From Antedon mediterranea (lineage: Eukaryota; Animalia; Echinodermata), in the NCBI RefSeq assembly GCF_964355755.1, contig NC_092671.1, forward strand, positions 22,890,070-22,954,069: DNA of 64,000 nt, read 5' to 3'. A program made the translations under genes and the position numbers. Every line of letters starts with the position of its first letter. The first letter of the stretch is position 1. Shown one piece after another: positions 26,435-38,100 of this stretch. The notes under the pieces were generated by a model, which saw nothing but the letters and a program-made list of their open reading frames with translations, did not search any database and was not told the origin of the DNA.

Positions 26435-29400
26435 TGTTAGTAGAACTTGTTATCTAGCTTAGTTGTGCGCATGCGCAAGAGTTACAAATAAACAGATATC
26501 ATCTGGAACTCGAAGAGTCTGTCACGTTTGTTTTCGTCTTGAAGTATAGTTAAGAATCCAGCCTAGTTTATAATGATATAAACATAAACATGGTGTCAGA
26601 ATTGGTCGGAAAACATTCTTAATACAGTTGATACTCCAACTAGGGCGCCGAGGTATAGTTGTAATAAGCTAAAATGTTTTAATTAATAAACTTTTGTTTG
26701 GTGCTGATTCTGTGTGGAGCGTTCAAGCGCAACAGAAACTCGGTGAAAATCAAGGCTAGTCTAGCCTAGAGAGTGGACGAACAATAAATAGATGTGCACG
26801 TGTGTGGTAGTAAAATCTACACAATCAAGACCAAAGGTATTGTACCCTTAAGGAACAAGAAATACATTTAGGGTAATCTGTACACTAGGTTCTGAATGGG
26901 AAAATAGCCTAGGATAAACAGTGCTTAACTGACTGTTAATTGTAATTGTGTGGTAGCGTGCTCATGCTACGGCAACACAACATTGATTACACAAACAACC
27001 CTAGAACAGAATTAAAATGGCTACCTGTGGTGCTGCAAGGATGCCAACTATGAACTGGGAAGCTTCAAATAAAGCAGAAGCATTTCAAAGATCGTATTAC
27101 ACTGTATATGGAAGATCAGGGAGTAACAGATGCAGCAAAGAAAGCTATATAAATAACATTAGGACTTGGTGATCATGGAATGGACAAACTACGGAATTCT
27201 GGTTTAAATGACGTTCAAAAGAAAGATTCATATGAGATTTTTAAATATTTTGAAACTGATGTAGATGCAAAAGCAAAGGTTAGCTTCCGGGTACATATAT
27301 TAGAATTCAGTACCCTACTACAGAAACAAGGTGAGCTTATAAACGACTACATATTTTGTTTAAGGGTAAAGGGTGCCAAATATATATAATATCCAAAGAA
27401 GATGCCAACAAATTAAATTGTGAAATATTCAAAACAAATACTATGGTGAAATTATATAGTGGCAAGAGATTAGGTACATTAGGAGAATGTAAAATAAGGA
27501 TTATGCATAAAGGTCAAAGGTTCAATACCAAATTTGTTGTCTTAGAAACCACTCAGGTAAAACTCATTGGGTGTGATTTATCAATGAAAATGAAATTGTT
27601 AAAGGTCACAGATGATTGAAAATGTTAATATGATGTCATATAATGATATTTTACATAACTATGATGATATTTTTTCAGGACTAGGAAAACTTCCTGGTGT
27701 TTGTGAAATAAAAATTGACCCACAGGTTACCCCAGTAAAGCAAGCAATCAGAAAACTGCCTATCTCTCTCCAAGCAGAATTCAAGAAGAAGCTTGATGAA
27801 TTATTATTAGAGGAATTATCGTTAAAGTTAGTGAAACTACTATCTGGCTAAACTCGTATGTACCTGTGAAAACACCAGGCAAACTAAGGATTTGTTTTGA
27901 TCCAAAACCTTTAAACCAGGCTGTTAGACCAAGTTATGCACTGCCAGTGTTAGATGATGTGTTGCCAAAGTTGAAAAATGCTAAAGTATTTTCAGTTTGC
28001 GATGCTAGTGAAGCCTTTTGGCAGATTGAATTAACAGAAGAAAGCAGTAAATTAACCACATTTGTTTAAAGTTAAATCGCAAAAAGGTTCAATTGCGAGT
28101 GAGAAATATCAAATACATGGGTCACATCATTGGGGATGAGGGGTTAAGACCTGATCCAGAAAAAGTAAAAGATATTACAGAGATGCCTCATTCTTAGGTT
28201 TCTGCCTAAACTGTCCGAGGTCGCTGGACCTCTACGTAGGTTAACGGATAAAAATCACCATTTTGAATGGCTTTCTCACCATAAAGAAGCAGAAAAGATT
28301 GATAGTAGCTGCTCCTGTTTTAGCATATTATGATCTGCAAAAGGAAGTCACTATACAGTGTGATAGTAGCCAGTATGGTGTATGTGCAACACTCCTACAA
28401 GAAGGAAAGACAGTCTGTTTTGAGTCAAGAGCCTTAACAAAAACAGAACAAAATTATGCTCAAATAGAGAAAGAGTGCTTGGCAATCGTATACGCATGTG
28501 AGAAATTTGAACATTATGTATTGGGACGATATATAACTGTGAAATCAGATCATAATCCTCTGTTACCGATATTTCGAATAGCTATAAATACAGCTCCAAA
28601 ACGTCTGCAGAGAATGATGTTGAGACTGCTGAGGTACAAGATTAATGTCATTCATGTACCAGGCAAAGAAATGTTTGTAGCTGATCTATTGAGCAGAGCA
28701 CCAGTTAATGAGAAACAAAGCAAAATCATGGAAGAGCTACAAAACATAAATCAAATAGATTTACAGTGAGAGTACACAGCTACAGCTTAAACAAGCTACG
28801 AAAGGTGATTCAGAGCTGACAGAAATGATGCTGATGGTTCATACAGGATGGCCAGATGTAAGAGACAAGGTATCACCTCTGGCAAAACCATACTCAGAGA
28901 TGAGCTGACTGTACAGAATGGCATAATATTTAAAGGACAACAGGTTGTGATCCCAAAGATTCTACAACCATGGATGATTAAGAAAGTTCATTCTAGCCAC
29001 CAGGGTATAGATGCCACACTAAGGAGAGCAAAAGACAGCTGGTTTTGGTTAGGTATGACGTCTCAAATTAAGGATGCCGTACAGACATGTCAATCATGTA
29101 ATGCATTTTTAGACAAGCAGCAATGTGAAACGCTTATGACGTGGCCGATACCGACAGAGAGATGGCAGATGTCTGGTCAGGACATTTTTACACTAAATAA
29201 TCGAGATTACTTTATACTGTTGATTACTTCACAGATTATTTTAAGTGGATGAAATTAAAAGTTTGAAATCATCAAACATAATTAAACACTCGAAAAGACA
29301 CTTTGCACGATATGGCATTCCATTTATTTTGGTTACAGATAAAGCACAGACGTTTGTGTCAGATGAACACAACAACTTCACCAAAGAATAGAACATTGAT

Positions 29401-30207
29401 CACCGAACAAGTTCTCCATACCATAGCCAAAGTAGTGGAAAAGCTGAGGCGACTGTGAAAATAGCCAAGAAGCTCATAAAGAAGGCTCTAAAGGATAAAG
29501 GTGATATACAGCTAGCCAAATTAAACTGGAGAAATACTCCCAGTAAAGATGGTAGTAGTCCAGTGCAAAAGTTGATGTCACAAAGAACAAAAACACTTCT
29601 ACCTACAACAAAAGAATTGTTGAAACCACTGGTTGTTGACAACATTGTGGATAACATCGTACAGCAAAGAAAGATGGCAAAATCACAGTATGACAAAACT
29701 GCTAAAGATTTGCCAGAGTTAGTAACTGGTCAGTCGGTCAGAGTACAACCCGACCAAAACCATCATGAATGGAGAAAAGCCATCAGGCAAGAGAAAGTAG
29801 GTCCTCGCCCATATCTGGTGAAAACTACTGATGGATCACTCCTTCGCAGAAATCGTGTGTTCACTTCCAAATAAACCGTTTGCACAACTGGCTCAATTGC
29901 CATCAATTGAAACAACAAATAAACACATAATAACTCTGAGACAGCAGTCTGTCCGAAACAAAACATTAGGAAGCCTGTAAGGTTGATTGAACACATTACA
30001 AACAATAAAACAAAGACAGGTTGTAATTATGTTATTGAAAGTTTTATTGTCAGTTCTTACCAGTTGTCATTAATATGTATTTTTATCTCGGTTATTATTT
30101 TAGTTAGAGTTACTTTTGGCATTAAGAAAGTATAGACAGTTTTTAAAGAGAAGAGATGTTAGTAGAACTTGTTATCTAGCTTAGTTATAATGATAAAAAT
30201 ATAAACA
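26435..30207 (+). mobile_element. Degenerate Gypsy/Ty3 LTR retrotransposon (Mag-like lineage)
   Basis: 5-bp TSD AAGAT. 5' LTR 26435-26590 (TG..CA) followed by PBS TGGTGTCAGAA (tRNA-Leu type). PPT AAAGAGAAGAGA precedes a shortened 3' LTR at 30157-30207. RT KLRICFDPKPLN, DASEAFWQI; RNase H QCDSSQYG, NYAQIEKECLAIV; integrase HSSHQG..CQSC, SSPYHSQSSGKAE. Confidence 0.95.
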
Positions 30208-30214
30208 AAGATGA

Positions 30215-31210
30215 TATCCTATTTAACATGTGGTTATAACCACTTGTGATTGTCTGGATTTTTTTTTCTATCTTAATCTTCTTTTCTTCCATGAATTCCA
30301 TGAAATTTGTTTCACTTGTATCTATAGATGTGCAGGAAACTCCATTATTTGACAGTTGCGCAGCGTAAGCTACACACGATTTTATGAAATTTTATGGTTG
30401 CTCATAAATTCTGAACAAAAAATAATTTTCAATGAAACTTAAGGACAATGTATTTCAAAATAATTATGGAGTAATTTTAAAAGTTTCAAAATTATACTCG
30501 AGTAGCTAGATCAACTTACGTACGCACTTTGAGGTCCAGAGAATTTGACTTCAGATTGGATTAGGATGGTCAAACAATCATTATTGGTTTGTTTACACAT
30601 TTTTTAAATGTGGCAAAAGGTCAACAGGTTAGGGTGAAAGGTTATAATATCAAACACAAATAGGTCCTTAAATCTCGACAACCACTGGTCACAGAAAGGT
30701 CTCAAATTGATCAGAAGGTATACAGTTATATTCATTCTAATGGAACATTTTAGTAAAAAATGACCGAAAATGTCATTTCTGACCATTGACCTACTACCCA
30801 GGGCATGTATGTATCTCCGTAACTACTGGTCGTAGACACTTAAATTAGGTCTTGTTTTGTTATTGTTCGCATTTTGAAAAATGTTACAAAAGGTCAAAGG
30901 GTCAGGGTCAAGGATTATATGAACAACTATAAATAGGTACTTGTATCTCGGCAATCACTGGTCACAGCAAGTCAATTTTAGTCTTAAAATGTTGAGAAGG
31001 CATGCATTCATAATCAGTCTAATGGGATATTTTAGTGAAAAATGATCAGAAATGCAATTTCTGACCTTTGACCCATATACCAGGGCATCTTTATATCTAT
31101 GTAAACACTGGTCGTAGAAACTTAAATTTTGTATCAAATTGTTGGAAATATACATATTTACATTCATTTTAAAAGAAAATTTGGTGAAAAGATGATCAGA
31201 AATACTATTA
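30215..31210. repeat. Degenerate interspersed repeat with internal ~240-300 bp repeated blocks (HINE-like)
   Basis: Repeated AAAAGGTCAA..AGGGT, CACTGGTC(A/G) and TTTCTGACC(A/T)TTGACC blocks at about 30615-30840 and 30890-31130. Confidence 0.5.
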
Positions 31211-32439
31211 ACTACTAATTTTTCAAACAAAAAACATACCTACTACACAACTTTTATTCTTAAATAAATGTTATGCAATAACTGATGCTTTAAATGGTTT
31301 CATTATAGGAACTACAACAAATCCTTTACTGTTCGTAATTGTACTTTTGCTTATAATAATGCTAGAAAATATTGTTGACTCCTGAGGACGATCAAACATT
31401 GATAGAAACGTTGAACTCAACAGTTCTTTTCAGAATGCTAGAAGTAACTTACCGTAATTATCCGAATAAACGCACAGGACATTTATTGAAGAGGGGTGCT
31501 TAGGAGGAGGGGTGTTTATTCGGTGAAGGTGTTTATTTTTTTTTTGGTGTAATGGTAACATGTATAATCAAATAGATACACCATAGATATAAAAAAAATA
31601 ATAATATTTTCGAATGTCACCAACAAATTATAAATTTACACATCTGTTCCCAGTGTACATAATAAAACAATATATAATTCTGGAGATTTATTATCAATAC
31701 CACTAGAAACTTAGTTTTTTTTACTTAAGTACTAAGTGCATTAACAATAAAAGCATCAGAAGTGTATTTTAAAATGTTGTAGATCATGATAAAATCATAC
31801 TAAAACACACTACAGTATACAAGGGTGTTTTCAGGAAAGCTGGACATATTGTAAAATAGTAATGAAACTATGAATTAGTATATACTGTATATGGAAAAGA
31901 CAGTGTTGATTGTTGACAAATTGTATTTACAAACAAACAGATGATAGAATGAATTTGATTCATAACAATTGTAATATGTAACTAGATTTGAACTCGTCAC
32001 AATGTCCGGTTAGCCATATTAATGCATGATCCGATATCTACAACTAATCAACTTCCAGAATATGTAATAAAATTAACTTTCACCGTTTAGTTTTGAAACT
32101 ACGACTGTTTAAAAAAAGCCATAATTTTGACGAATTTAAATTATTGTAGAAAGATTCAATGAATGTAAGATACTAATAAATCATATGCACTCAACAATCT
32201 TTCCATCAAAAATGCAAAGAAAAAAAGATTCAAAACTGCATTCCTGCAAACCATGCCAAAATGAAATATACTGAATGCTATAGTATTAAAATTCTTCAAT
32301 TAAAATACTTTATATTGCACACAAAAGCAAAAACAATTTTAGGTAATGAATATTTTCAATATTATTCCAGTAGAACACCTATTAGGGTGAAACTAAACAG
32401 GGGCTGACTGTAGTGATATATACATATATTGCCCTGTGT

Positions 32440-32845
32440 GTGTGTCCCTTTAATAGGAGTGTCCCCTGAATAGGAGTGTCCTCTGAATAGGAGTGTACCC
32501 TGAATAGGAGTGTACCCTGAATAGGAGTGTCTCTTGAATAGGAGTGTCTCTTGAATAGGAGTGTCTCTTGAATAGGAGTGTCTCTTGAATAGGAGTGTCT
32601 CTTGAATAGGAGTGTACCCTGAATAGGAGTGTACCCTGAATAGGAGTGTACCCTGAATAGGAGTGTCCCTTGAATAGGAGTGTCCCTTGAATAGGAGTGT
32701 ACCCTGAATAGGAGTGTACCCTGAATAGGAGTGTCCCCTGAATAGGAGTGTACCCTGAATAGGAGTGTACCCTGAATAGGAGTGTACCCTGAATAGGAGT
32801 GTACCCTTAATAGGAGTGTCCCCTAAATAGGAGTGTACCCTGAAT
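32440..32845. repeat. 17-bp minisatellite, about 23 copies
   Basis: Unit TGAATAGGAGTGTACCC with variants GTGTCTCT and GTGTCCCT arranged in blocks. Confidence 0.95.
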
Positions 32846-33265
32846 GGTGAAAATATGCTAAATTTAAAAATTAATATATATCGTTTGAATGCCCGGAAAC
32901 ACCTTTTTTTTGTATGTATCCTATGTATGATTTATTATGAAATTAAGAGAACAAAAGTTGATTAAGTCATCATTAATGGCATATTAAATTTAAAAAAATT
33001 AATTTCGACAAACAAATTATAACATTTTCTTAGGCCGAAATAACAAACTTAACTTTAACTTTCTTCCTTAAGAAGTTCATATATTAAATTTAAAAGTATA
33101 TAGTTTGACAGTGCATCATTTTTTTACATTTTTAAAGATGTCATCATAGTAAAACATTATAATTCATTGCGGTATGTAATAATCTATCTGCACCAAAGTG
33201 GTTGACCCCTTATATCTCGAAAAAGTTGGATGGCAATTTGTCCCCTTTCGGGTGATAAAACTTAC

Positions 33266-33370
33266 TGTGTTGCTGCATATCCATCATCAAAACTGTTCTC
33301 ATCTGTACTAGGTATATGATGTGGGGATGAACTGCTACTATCTGTGTGATAATCTGCATCAGAATTGCAA
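33266..33370 (-). CDS. SETDB1: SETDB1 insertion-region exon (105 nt, phase 2 to 2)
   Basis: Acceptor tcaattttAG|TTGC and donor ACA|GTAAGT. Open frame (S)CNSDADYHTDSSSSSPHHIPSTDENSFDDGYAAT continues in phase from the 34807 exon. Confidence 0.75.
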
Positions 33371-33404
33371 CTAAAATTGAAAGACGAAAACTGGCAATTA
33401 GTGT

Positions 33405-34452
33405 ATTTTTTTTTTTTTTTCATCATATTATACATTAATTAAAATTAAAAGCTAACAAAAACAACATAGATATCCATCTCCTTAAAGGCCCTAAATTAAA
33501 TAAAGGTTCATAAAAATTTGAATTTGATTTATAAATGTTTCTAATTGTATCCATTTTGTATTAAAAATACTGTTCTTAAAATTTTGATGATAAATAAAAT
33601 TTTCCGCTTCATAAAACCTTTTTAACTTGTTCATAGCCATTTTTATAGTTGGCTTACATTTAACTAGTTTACATTATAAATACATGATTTTACTATTAGA
33701 ATTTGCATTAATGGCTTTTAAATTAAAATTCTAATGCGCATCTTGGTATCTGAAAATTATGTTCTCTTTACTAAAACTAAATTGCAGTTTTTTCTAAAAT
33801 TCTTTCCTGGAGGAAGTTCCATATCCTTTTTACTATTGGACAATTACATAACAAATACTTAATGGTTTCGATTTGACCATCTCCAAATGAGCACATTGAA
33901 GTTTCTTTTATATCATTTTAAATAATTGTTCATTTGTTGCAATTATTCTATTTAAAATTTTATATTGAAAATATATTAAAACAATATTCATTGTACACGT
34001 ATGTGAAGCTAGGTAGATTGTTTTGCATTGGTTGTTATTATTGAATACAAACTTATTCTCTGCCCATTTCTTTTGTGCTTTTCATGATTTAAACAATGAG
34101 TTGTTTAGAACATCATAAAAAATGTGACAACGTTTTCTTTGTTGAAAGAGTACTTTTATATGAAATGGAATATCTGGCAAAACTCTATCAATGAATATAT
34201 GTGAAACAGAGTCGAAGGCTTTTTCAAAGTCAATAATAGCATACCGGGAATCTTTAACTGTTCACTAATACATATAATGTCGTTCCTTTGTCTAATATTT
34301 TCGGCAATAAACCTATCTGGCATAAAACCATTTTGCTCTCTACTTATAATATGAGTTAATACATTCTTTATTCGATTAGCTATACACCCAGGCGCTAACT
34401 TAAAGGTGATGCTTAATAGTGATATAGGTTGCCAATTTTTTAGAAGCGGCAA
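33405..34452 (-). mobile_element. Degraded, internally deleted L1/Tx1-group LINE fragment
   Basis: LKNWQPISLL..KL..IANRIKNVLTHIISREQNGFMPDRFIAENIR; downstream QYKILNRIIATN and a zinc-finger remnant; poly(A) tail (T-run at 33406-33420 on the + strand). Confidence 0.85.
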
Positions 34453-34806
34453 TTACACATGTTTTAAACGCACGACAAACGCAGGTTATGGTACATGATT
34501 TGTCGTCAGTACTGTATGAATATAACCCGACTATATTTATTATTATCCCTTTTATTTTCATACTCTTTGGAAAAAAAAAAAAAAAATACTGGTATCTGAA
34601 AGTATTGATATATCAAAATGATCAGAATTTAGGTTTTAAACTACATTTGAAACCCACCCTAGGGTGGTTATACTTGATAGTAAATAACTAATAAATGAAT
34701 AAAATAAGCATTCATAAGTGACATAAAATAAATGTTGAAGACTTACAAAACAAAATGCACATAAAAAATTACAAATCATGCATCTTGTTCCTGTTTGTAC
34801 ACTAAC

Positions 34807-34888
34807 CTAGAATTGGTGCTCTCAGTTTCATATCCTTCTGAACTCTGAACATCACTTTCATAACCTTCTTTGTTTTTTTCTACAACCT
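34807..34888 (-). CDS. SETDB1: SETDB1 exon at the start of the SET insertion (82 nt, phase 1 to 2)
   Basis: Acceptor ctttcactttAG|AGGTT and donor CTAG|GTTAGT. Encodes (E)VVEKNKEGYESDVQSSEGYETESTNS; KEGYESD is a SETDB1/eggless hallmark. Confidence 0.93.
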
Positions 34889-35145
34889 CTAAAGTGAAAG
34901 TATGAATAAAAATATTTTTTTTTTTTTGTTATTAAATTTAAATGTTCTTCATCAGAAGGTTATTAATGAAAAATATAATAATAAAAGTGCAGCGGAATAC
35001 AACTTTGGCATATATCACAAATCTTATTATTAAAGGGGATTCTGTTGGTAGCAATTTACCACCATATATGTGCTAATGCTTATATGCGCTATACAAGAAT
35101 GAACTATTGCTATTGCTATTGCTATTGCTATTGCTATTACTATTA

Positions 35146-38100
35146 TTCGCCATTTTGTGAAATCGCATTATCAATCATATCTCCATAATTCATTATCACA
35201 TATTAATGAAATTCCCTACACGTAAACTTCAGGTCAAGGATAAAAATATTAGCAAATAAAAACGCACGCGTACATAGGTTCATGCGCGTAAAATCGCGCG
35301 TTATAAGTTAAAAATGTGAAAAATCAATTTCTAATCAATTTTCTACGCATTTCATGTCAAAAATTCCCACGCGCACGCACATTTTTTCGCGCGCGGCACG
35401 CATGTAGCGTTAAAGACATATTTTTTGCACTTGATTTATGTTTTTTCAGCCCTTTTCTCGTAATTTTACCAACTTTTAAACAATTTCGACTTTAAATCAC
35501 GTCATGCGAGCACGTCGAATTTGAGAATTTGCGCGTGTTTTTGATGAAAAAGTTAAAAAATTCGTCAAAATTATGCCTTTTTTTAAACAGTCATATTTTC
35601 TAAACTAAACGGTGAAAGTTATTTTTATTACATATTCTGGAAGATGATGAGTTGTAGATATCGGATCATGCATCAATATGGCTAACCGGACATTGTGACG
35701 TCATTGTATGGCCACTCGAATATAAAATATTGGATTTTTGTCTCTTTCGTCATAGCTTATCGCATTTAATAGAGCGCATATCCACTTATGCGTTTTCCAT
35801 TTTGCACCTGATTTTGATATTGTCTAGGTCAATCAATTATCTTTCGAATGATTTACCATTTTAAAATTTTTTATGACGTCATCATGTTCAAAAGCGTGAA
35901 TTCCTTGGGTCATTTATTTTCATCATACAGTAAATTTCAATATGTTATAGCTCCTCAGAATAAGAAGAGATAATCATGATTAAAACGTTTTCTGGAAGCT
36001 GTTGAATTGTAGATACGAATTCATGTAAAAATTTTGCGCTTCGGGTGTTGTGATGTCATCATATGGCCAGTTGAATTATAAAAGTCGTATTTTCATATTT
36101 TGCGTCATAGTTCATGACATTTAAAAGAGCGCGCATCCATATTATGCGTATCCCAATTTCTTCAACACATTAATAAGTTGTTGCTCAAATAATTTCTTTC
36201 CAAAATTGCTATCTACGTATTTCATTTTGATGACATCATCATTTTAAAATTTGGAATAAAGGAGGGTCCCGTTATTTTCACCTATTCTGCACTGTATTTA
36301 GTATGTATGCTACACTGTATATAGATATACAGTATATACTGTACATATTGTATATGACATATAATAGGCACAATTCAGCATTATAAGCGTATAATAGGAT
36401 GGCATACATCAACATTTTCCGATCGTATGTTAACGTACTGTAATATAACGATATACTTTTATATTTAAGAAAACCGACCTTTGTATCGGAATTCAAATAG
36501 GTTCACAAACTTGACCCAGAAAGTCCAGAGGAGAGTTTGTCCAGATGTTTTAATGACCATTTAGTTTATAATAGAATCCCTAAAGAAAACACTTAGCTTA
36601 ACTTTGTGACTGTTCCCATCGTAAAACAATTAGATATTGACAGTTTTAAGCAGAGATTCGACAGGGCGAATTCATCATTGTAACCTCCCCAGATAAGATC
36701 AATCATTCCCACTTAAACACCCCTGGACCAACTTAGGACCAATCGTTACCCTCACAGATTATGTAGTGACATATGCAAATGAACGGAGGGCCAATATACT
36801 CCCAAGTTTCAGAAGGGCCCAGACACACCTTACAGCCACCTCACGGAGCACACACCTTACAGCCACCTCACGGAGCACACACCTCACAGCCACTTCTTCA
36901 GAAGCAGACCTACACACTTCACACCTCACTGACAGCATCATTGATCGTCCGTTCCTTATCTATACTTATAGTTGTATATTGTACTGAAGTATTATACTGA
37001 ATAAACAATATATGTGTTACGACAGTCAAGCGAGTAAGAGTCTTCATTAGTACCTCAACAACGAAACATTATATTACATGGTGGAAGACCCAAATTTCAT
37101 AAGGAACAGTGTGAGAAAACAAGAAATAAACACTTAACAAGACACGAAGACGAAGACAAAAATAACCATATTTGTTTGAAAGGAGAGAAATTTACTTTGA
37201 CTCAAAAGACAAGCTGAAATTATATTTGAATGAGATCGAGACAAGCAGAAATTTTATCAAATTATTACCATTGGATGAAGACAAAGAAGATAATCGAGGA
37301 AGACACAAAAGACAAGCTGAAATTATATTTGAATGAGATCGAGACAAGCAGAAATTTTATCAAATTATAACCATTGGATAAAGACAAAGAAGATAATCGA
37401 GGAAGACCCAAGAAGAATCAAAACAGAAGCAAGCGGACAAGAACTGTTTCGTTTGGACACTTTCAACTTCACGCCGGTTTTTTTTTTTTTTTCGATCGTT
37501 TTTTTTAACATTTACTTTTTTGAACATTGATGAACACCTTTCGCATTTTTTTAATTCGTTGTTTGAAAATTTGAACATTGATGAACACTTTTAACATTTT
37601 TTTAATTCGTTGTTTGAACATTTAAACATTTTTTAACACTTTTTGCATTCCTTTAATTCATTTTTAATTGGATCCGAAGCATTTGGGGTAAGTCAAAACC
37701 ATTTTGATTTTTGATTTGTAACCTTGATTGAAAAAGTGAGAGTTTACATATATATACACTAAAATTGTTTTTTAAATTGTTAAAATAATTGTTGAATAAA
37801 CCCACCGATAATAATGAGAAAATTCAGAACACCGTTAACGTAGTAAATGACGAAAACAATGTTTAATTTGTCAACGAACATGATAGGACACCCACCCAAT
37901 TGCAATCAGATACCCTTACACATCCAACTAAAGTAGAACCCCTTAACTTGCAACCTTACATTGACTGTGTAGAGAATAACATGGGATTAGCAGCCCCATT
38001 CCAAATGAAAGAAGAACAAATTAAGGAACAAACTAATCTAATTATGACAGCACCTAATGATTCAAATATGACATTAAACCGAGGTAGATTCAAAGCAGGA

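Noticed and set aside
31381-31520. Penelope-like terminal motif and a pogo-like MITE start
   Set aside because: Too short and no partner end or ORF was found.
32440-32845. CRISPR-like array
   Set aside because: Contiguous 17-bp units with no unique spacers, no cas genes, and a eukaryotic context.
36759-37000. Repetitive ORFs (also at 39545-39786)
   Set aside because: Products of a 27-bp repeat inside the LTRs, open in several frames.
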